Shown piece after piece: positions 58,718-64,000 of a stretch of 64,000 nt of DNA. The stretch lies in IMG/VR virus record IMGVR_UViG_2740892449_000004; one strand, given 5' to 3'. Each line of letters starts with the position of its first letter. Within the stretch, counting starts at the first letter, position 1. Source of the DNA: a virus. Taxonomy: Duplodnaviria > Heunggongvirae > Uroviricota > Caudoviricetes. The notes below the pieces were generated by a model. That model was not told the origin of the DNA. It saw nothing but the letters and a program-made list of their open reading frames with translations, and did not search any database. Made by a program: the position numbers and the translations under genes.

Positions 58718-58734
58718 AAATTTATTAGAGCAAT
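58718..58734. promoter_or_regulatory. C1 operator, perfect match
   Basis: AAATTTATTAGAGCAAT, 17/17 to operator reverse complement; overlaps dmt stop, upstream of the tRNA cluster. Confidence 0.7.
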
Positions 58735-60743
58735 ATTGCTATAACGTCATGAGCAACACCTCGAGTGTCCCCCTTACAAGACACAGAACGTCTGGCAAAA
58801 AGAGGTTCCACTCTGAAGCCACTGTCCTGATAAAGTTCTCTGATGTTTGGCGCGCCACTGTTAGTAATGAGAACCTTTGCACCTCGGCGATGAGCATCCG
58901 TCAACAGAGACGCCAGGCGTTTTTGCTCTTCAAACTTAAAGTCATGACCGGAATAGTTCGTGAATCCCTCTGTATTTGGGAGCGGTTCATACGGCGGATC
59001 GCAAAAGATGACATCTCCTTCTCCGGCAGCTTCAATCACCGCAGCAAAATCACCACATACAAACTCAGAACGCCCTTCCGCACCAAGGAAGGCTTCCATC
59101 TCCTGCAATGGGAAATACGGAGTTTTATACTTCCCATAACCGACATTGAACTCACCGGCTTGGTTGTAACGCGTCAATCCGTTAAAACAATGTCGGTTCA
59201 GGAACAAAAACGCCGCTGCGCGATGTAAATCATCATAGACTTGTTTGTTAAACGCATTCCGTACTGCCAGGTATCCTTCCTGCGTGTTGTAGTCCTGGAA
59301 GAAACGATGTGCCAGAGTGATAAGTGAATGCGCCTCGCGTTGCAGAGTCTTGTAAAAGTTAATCAGGTCAGCATTCACATCATTTAGCAGATTTTCCTGG
59401 TATCCGGCATTCATGAAGACAGCTCCGCCACCAACGAAAGGCTCAATCAGGCGCTTCCCTTCTGGCAAATAGCGAAAGATTTGTTCCAGAACACCAAATT
59501 TTCCACCAGCCCATTTGAATATGGACCGTTCGAATTCTGCCGCTGGTTTAACTTTTCGCTCTTTTGTTTCACTCCCTTCCTTCTGCCGACATGCAGCCTT
59601 GGCAATCCGATCGCCAATCCAGCGCATTACTGGTATCGCCATACTATTGCCGATCGCTTTGTAACGCGGTCCGTCAGCTGCAAGCATCGCGGCCTCTTCT
59701 TCGCTCAAATCAGGATAGTTTTTGCGAAGGTATGCCAGTTCATCTGAAGAAACTTTTTTACGCTTTTCCGTAGGGATCAATGTATGTCCATCAGGAAAAC
59801 CTTGCAGCCTTTCACATTCGACAGGGATAAGACGGCGCATTCTACCGTCGACGAGCAATACAATTGGTGCTTCATGGTTACATGTCAAAGTTGGTGCCGA
59901 ATTATCGGTTTTTATCTCAGCCCCTCCTTGCCCATGTGCCATGGCAACTATGTTTGTATCATCGCAAGATCTGATAGCGATGTTTGAAGTATATCTGGTA
60001 GTTTCCTTCCCCTCGCCTCTGCTCGGCGCAATATTCCGGCGCACGCCTTCGAACTCAAAAAGTACCGTTGCGGGATCGAGGTCTGTTCGAGCACTTGCGA
60101 CAACAAACACGCGTCGGCGTCGTTGTGCCACTCCGAAGTATTGGGCATCAAGGATTCTCCAGGCCACCTTTCGCTGCGGTCCATAAATACAACCACACTG
60201 CGGCCACTTTGGAGCATGGCAACCGGTTTTGCCATCCCACCGCCAGAACGCGTTACTTTTTCCTGATTCAGGTCGATCACCTGGTTCAAATGGCGCATCT
60301 TCTCCAGCCAATCCGGCAAGGAAACATCCGAAGGCGTTATCTGCCGATGACAGGACTCCTGGGACATTTTCCCAGACGATAACTGTCGGTTTGAGGAAGG
60401 ACTCAGACCGTTTGTCGTCAATTGCATTTGCAAGCTCCACATACTTCAAAGTTAGCGCGCCGCGTTCATCATCAAGCCCACCACGTAAGCCCGCGATACT
60501 GAATGCCTGACAAGGCGTACCCCCGACGAGCACATCAGGGGATTCGATTTCCCCAGCCAGGACTTTTTTGGCAAGTTTTGTCATGTCGCCAAGGTTGGCG
60601 ACATGGGGCCAGCGGTGCGCAAGAACGGCAGATGGAAAAGGCTCGATTTCAGCAAACCACGCCGGACGCATACCCAACGGTTCCCAGGCAATACTCGCGG
60701 CTTCAATTCCACTGCAAACAGATCCATAGCACAGCTCTTTCAC
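58725..60743 (-). CDS. dmt: Bifunctional DNA methyltransferase (C5-cytosine + N6-adenine domains)
   Basis: N-terminal PCQ ([12 protein letters not shown]) and ENV (ENVPG) motifs; C-terminal FVGGGAVF and DPPY (FCDPPYEP). Confidence 0.85.
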   Translation of the reverse strand: MKELCYGSVCSGIEAASIAWEPLGMRPAWFAEIEPFPSAVLAHRWPHVANLGDMTKLAKKVLAGEIESPDVLVGGTPCQAFSIAGLRGGLDDERGALTLKYVELANAIDDKRSESFLKPTVIVWENVPGVLSSADNAFGCFLAGLAGEDAPFEPGDRPESGKSNAFWRWDGKTGCHAPKWPQCGCIYGPQRKVAWRILDAQYFGVAQRRRRVFVVASARTDLDPATVLFEFEGVRRNIAPSRGEGKETTRYTSNIAIRSCDDTNIVAMAHGQGGAEIKTDNSAPTLTCNHEAPIVLLVDGRMRRLIPVECERLQGFPDGHTLIPTEKRKKVSSDELAYLRKNYPDLSEEEAAMLAADGPRYKAIGNSMAIPVMRWIGDRIAKAACRQKEGSETKERKVKPAAEFERSIFKWAGGKFGVLEQIFRYLPEGKRLIEPFVGGGAVFMNAGYQENLLNDVNADLINFYKTLQREAHSLITLAHRFFQDYNTQEGYLAVRNAFNKQVYDDLHRAAAFLFLNRHCFNGLTRYNQAGEFNVGYGKYKTPYFPLQEMEAFLGAEGRSEFVCGDFAAVIEAAGEGDVIFCDPPYEPLPNTEGFTNYSGHDFKFEEQKRLASLLTDAHRRGAKVLITNSGAPNIRELYQDSGFRVEPLFARRSVSCKGDTRGVAHDVIAILL

Positions 60744-61645
60744 TGCTTAGCCTCTCCACCAAGGGCATTTACCAGAGCATCAACCAGGCACGAAATTTCA
60801 CTGGTCAACAGGAAGAAATCTGCGTCCAGTCGCTGCGCAACATCTTCACTATCAATATCAGAGTTCTGCTCAAGCAATTCATCCGCAAATTTGACGCTGG
60901 TAAGGCTGAAGTTATGGTCCAGTGTAAATTTAATGCGGTTCTGCCAGTCGAGTGCCAACTTAGTAACGAGCTTGCCAGCTTCCAGGTGTGTGGAAATTTC
61001 ATCGCTTCCCAAATCCTGCTTTTTCACTCGGGCAATACCGCCATCCTCAAGCACTGCCTTAAGTTCTGCCGCATCCCCCATTTGAAATCCCTGTGGAGCA
61101 CTACCATCACGTACCCAGTCGGTCAGCGTTAATTCAATGGGATTTTCAACACTTAGGGGAACAACAGGAAGAGAACCCAGAGATTTACGCATAAGCGCGA
61201 GCATATCCTCTGCCTGCCGCGCGCTGGCATTGATATAGATACGTTTAGTTGAACCGTCGTAGATCGCCTGGATAACAGAAAACTTTGAAAAAGCCCGTGG
61301 CAGAAGAGAATGCAGAACTTCGTCTTTCAGGGAGTCCTTCTCTGTTTTCTTCAGTTTACGCGCTTGTTCTTGCTCGAGTTTTTCAATTTTTTCTTGAATA
61401 GCTCGCTGGATAACCGGCGGGGGAAGGATTTTTGTTTCGCGCTTTGCTTCAACAAGGATAAAACCATTTCCATGCATAGCGATAACTTCGGAATTATCAC
61501 CAAATGGAGATACAAAACCGAACTTGGCCATATCCTGACTACCGCATGGCGTGAAAAGGATCATTTTCTTTTTATCTTCTAAGTCGGTCAGATCCGCTTC
61601 ACGAGAAAGTTTATAAATAGTAATGTTTTTCCAGTGCTTAAACAT
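60740..61645 (-). CDS. hrdC: RdgC-like recombination-associated protein
   Basis: Close to E. coli RdgC ([39 protein letters not shown]); ATG at 61645 chosen by RdgC alignment. Confidence 0.85.
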   Translation of the reverse strand: MFKHWKNITIYKLSREADLTDLEDKKKMILFTPCGSQDMAKFGFVSPFGDNSEVIAMHGNGFILVEAKRETKILPPPVIQRAIQEKIEKLEQEQARKLKKTEKDSLKDEVLHSLLPRAFSKFSVIQAIYDGSTKRIYINASARQAEDMLALMRKSLGSLPVVPLSVENPIELTLTDWVRDGSAPQGFQMGDAAELKAVLEDGGIARVKKQDLGSDEISTHLEAGKLVTKLALDWQNRIKFTLDHNFSLTSVKFADELLEQNSDIDSEDVAQRLDADFFLLTSEISCLVDALVNALGGEAKQ

Positions 61646-61994
61646 GTTGTAACCCTTGAATATCAACCACAGAAAGCTCGTTTTTGTAGAAAAAGGCCAG
61701 GTTGAGGCACCCCCTAGTTTGAGCGTATGAGCTGGGACCAATTTCGTTCTTCCAGACAAATGGCTTCAAATCCGTACGGCGAAGCATAAAAACGCGATTT
61801 GTTCCGCTCTGATTCCCAATGAGGCAAAAGCCTTCTTTCACCTTGATAGCCTGCAAGTTGTCGAGTTCACCGCTGGTTACACGGCTATCGAACTCTTTGC
61901 GGCTTATTAGCTCCATCTGCATCTGACGACTCCAAACAAATACCCATTGAAGGGCGATGGCTGAATGGTACCGAAAACACGACATAAAAAACAA
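61638..61994 (-). CDS. uhr: Hypothetical protein upstream of hrdC
   Basis: ORF track 118 aa; stop overlaps hrdC start; operator at its start. Confidence 0.45.
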   Translation of the reverse strand: MFFMSCFRYHSAIALQWVFVWSRQMQMELISRKEFDSRVTSGELDNLQAIKVKEGFCLIGNQSGTNRVFMLRRTDLKPFVWKNEIGPSSYAQTRGCLNLAFFYKNELSVVDIQGLQHV

Positions 61995-62010
61995 TATTTA
62001 TTAGAGCAAT
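61994..62010. promoter_or_regulatory. C1 operator-like 17-mer between divergent operons
   Basis: ATATTTATTAGAGCAAT, 16/17. Confidence 0.6.
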
Positions 62011-62036
62011 CATGCAATAGTTAACACCATATAGAC

Positions 62037-62058
62037 CACAAGTAACCTAAGTTAAAAT
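62037..62058 (+). promoter_or_regulatory. Candidate late-promoter element
   Basis: CACAAGTAACCTAAGTTAAAAT resembles AACAAGTGACTAGTGTTAAATT upstream of prt. Confidence 0.3.
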
Positions 62059-62090
62059 AACGAAAACCAGAGCAAATAATTGGTGATGAC

Positions 62091-62375
62091 GTGGCAAGTA
62101 TTGCAACAAAAGACAGCATTTGTTCGGGGCACGGAGGATTCCCATCCAGGCCTCCTGTAGAGAGTGAACCACTACTTAAAGTCAACGGAGTCGAAGTGTT
62201 AGTTGATGGTAAGCAATATGCACAGCATACCGATGGAAACAGTACGCACGGTGGGCAAGCTATATCAACCAGGGCATGGTTTACCGTCAATGGTAAAGGG
62301 ATCGTATGCGTTGGTGACCCTGTTTCATGCGGATCTACCGTAGCGTCCGGAGACGGCCTGGTTCAGGTAAGTTAG
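62091..62375 (+). CDS. PAAR-like spike-tip protein
   Basis: 94 aa; CSGHGG...NGVEV...VCVGDPVSCGSTVASG pattern; GTG start. Confidence 0.45.
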   Translation: MASIATKDSICSGHGGFPSRPPVESEPLLKVNGVEVLVDGKQYAQHTDGNSTHGGQAISTRAWFTVNGKGIVCVGDPVSCGSTVASGDGLVQVS

Positions 62376-62383
62376 GAGATATC

Positions 62384-63172
62384 ATGCTGGAAAAAGACTA
62401 CCAGTTATCCGCATATAAAAAATTGGCCGCCGCCGGTGGGATGAAAACACCTGGTGCCATAACATCGGCACGAAACAGTGCTAACACAGCAAAACTGCTT
62501 GCAGAAGAATTGACCGGATTAATTCTGGATACAATTGTCTATCCCGACACTATTACCAGCTATGTTTCAACGATCAGAACAACCACAACCGGCTTAACGA
62601 ACATTGGAGAACTGGCAACTAAGCACGCGGACCTGTTGGCTGGTTATGCTGATCTGTCAATGCTCCTTCAACTCGATATTGGTTGGGATGTTTACTGTCG
62701 TGCTAATGAGCGAGAAGTATCAGAACTGCCGATCTCTATTGCCATTGGTGATGTGACTATTACTAAATCGCTTGAGGACGCTGTAAACGCGCTTAATACA
62801 TCAAGTTTAGTCGCTGCTATGGGGGAGATTAACCAGACCCTTAACACTGGCTCAGGAAGCTCGTCAGGCTCTGGTTCAGGCGGCGGCACTGCCACTCCCC
62901 CACCAGCACTAACAGAAGAGCAAATTGAATCTCTGAAAGTAGCAACTGAACAGTTTGGGGTTGTTTTCAACCAGACAACAGCGCCCACAACTGCGTTACA
63001 ACAGCAGTATGAACGAGCGAATGAAAGCGCCAACGTAGCCATAACTGCTTATAACCATGCTATCGGTACCGCGCTTGCGGAAGCATCAGCAAATAAGGTC
63101 AGCACAGCCAGCGCAGTTGCCGCTTTGGTTCCTGATTCTGTTCTTGATGAATTAAACAAAGCGGCACAGTAA
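62384..63172 (+). CDS. Hypothetical protein with Gly/Ser-rich linker
   Basis: ORF track 62327..63172; ATG at 62384 after AGGAG; linker TGSGSSSGSGSGGGTATPPP. Confidence 0.5.
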   Translation: MLEKDYQLSAYKKLAAAGGMKTPGAITSARNSANTAKLLAEELTGLILDTIVYPDTITSYVSTIRTTTTGLTNIGELATKHADLLAGYADLSMLLQLDIGWDVYCRANEREVSELPISIAIGDVTITKSLEDAVNALNTSSLVAAMGEINQTLNTGSGSSSGSGSGGGTATPPPALTEEQIESLKVATEQFGVVFNQTTAPTTALQQQYERANESANVAITAYNHAIGTALAEASANKVSTASAVAALVPDSVLDELNKAAQ

Positions 63173-63211
63173 CAAAGGACTTCATTGATAATTTTTCTTC
63201 AGGAGGAAGAC

Positions 63212-63634
63212 ATGTCATTCTTTTCTACGTTAAAAACAGCTTTGTCTTTGAAGGAGAAACTTGCTGCTACTGGTGTTCTTGTTCTGATTTGCGCACTTGT
63301 TGGTGCTGGGTTTGCATGGGAACGTCATCAGCTAAAGCAAGCCATGGAGAAAATTGGCAGTCTTGATCAGGCTGTTAAGGAACGTGATAAGTCAATAATG
63401 GATCTTAACCAGACCATTGAGACGATGAACAAAGCAGAGCAACATTTTCACAGCCAGGAAGTGAAAAATGAATCAGAACAAGCCAAATATGCTGACAGGC
63501 AAATGGAACGAAAAGCTGAAGTTCAGAAACAACTGGTTGCGGCGGGTAATGTTCGCCAGCGCATTCCTGCTGACACTCAGCGGTTGCTCCGGGAGTCGAT
63601 CAGCGAATTTAACGCCGACGCCGACAAAGGTTAA
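63212..63634 (+). CDS. i-spanin-like (Rz-type) protein
   Basis: ATG at 63212 after GGAGGAAG; N-terminal TM then coiled coil; lipoprotein ORF embedded in the +1 frame. Confidence 0.55.
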   Translation: MSFFSTLKTALSLKEKLAATGVLVLICALVGAGFAWERHQLKQAMEKIGSLDQAVKERDKSIMDLNQTIETMNKAEQHFHSQEVKNESEQAKYADRQMERKAEVQKQLVAAGNVRQRIPADTQRLLRESISEFNADADKG

Positions 63635-63800
63635 CCACCCTGCCCCCAAAAGTGCATTTATGTGCAGAATGCCAGAGTTTAGCAGTGAATATTTTGATGA
63701 TCTGCCAGCGTATATCCTCGATACAGAAACGATGCTGAAGGGGATTAACAGGAAGAATCGCAACGTTAATGATTACAACCGTGCTATCAGCGGTAACTAA
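63549..63800 (+). CDS. o-spanin-like (Rz1-type) lipoprotein, overlapping frame
   Basis: ORF track 63468..63800; internal ATG at 63549 gives signal peptide with lipobox LTLSGC and Pro-rich mature part. Confidence 0.5.
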   Translation: MFASAFLLTLSGCSGSRSANLTPTPTKVNHPAPKSAFMCRMPEFSSEYFDDLPAYILDTETMLKGINRKNRNVNDYNRAISGN

Positions 63801-63811
63801 AAGGAAAAACT

Positions 63812-64000
63812 ATGTCCGATATGGAAATTGAAAAAGAGATTCTGGCCAAAGGCAAAACAGCACCACGCCTGACTCCTGATCACATCGAGAGTGTGATTGC
63901 CGAAGAGCATTATTTCACAGCTTTTGACGGCATTCGCGCTGCGCACGAAGGCGTTCGTGAGGTGCTGTCTGTTCATCCCTCTACGCGTAGCCTGACCATC
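63812..64000 (+). CDS. Partial hypothetical CDS running off the window end
   Basis: ATG at 63812 after AAGGA; open frame MSDMEIEKEILAKGKTAPRL... to the end of the window. Confidence 0.4.
   Translation, partial: MSDMEIEKEILAKGKTAPRLTPDHIESVIAEEHYFTAFDGIRAAHEGVREVLSVHPSTRSLTI

Overview
This window is a contiguous piece of a P1-like phage-plasmid (Punavirus-type plasmid prophage), lying in reverse orientation to the conventional P1 map. Calls rest on the supplied ORF track, on motifs read directly from the sequence, and on my memory of P1 and E. coli proteins; no database search was run, and motif coordinates derived by hand may be off by 1-2 nt. Left to right: cin invertase at the window edge; the late lydA-lydB-darA operon (+); a degenerate terminase-like paralog, a hypothetical gene and ssb (-); SAR endolysin lyz (+); pro and prt (-); darB-ulx-lxc (+); a single AT-rich cargo gene encoding a RelA/SpoT-domain (toxSAS, CapRel-like) protein (-) at the position where P1 carries its res-mod restriction system; mat-like, ref, cra, cre (-); loxP; coi-c1 (+); pacB-pacA with the GATC-rich pac site, lpa, post-doc genes, doc-phd, humD with a LexA box, hot (-); a long minus-strand block of small genes including Ead/Ea22-like paralogs, a HAD-like phosphatase, ppp, VRR-NUC and a TraR-like zinc finger; a plus-strand putative baseplate operon; a glycosyltransferase-like gene and ban (-); tRNA-Ile, plp, upl, a repeat-rich tRNA region with tRNA-Thr and tRNA-Asn, dmt, hrdC, uhr (-); and finally a PAAR-like gene and an embedded spanin pair (+). 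At least 11 C1-operator-like 17-mers are scattered through the window. No IS element, CRISPR array or rRNA was seen. Six genes (ddrB-like, darB, ref, ppp, ban twice, and the terminase paralog) have broken reading frames; five are consistent with single-base deletions, so sequencing error and genuine pseudogenisation cannot be separated from sequence alone. The strongest candidate for a defence system is the CapRel-like fused toxSAS gene at 22285..23424.
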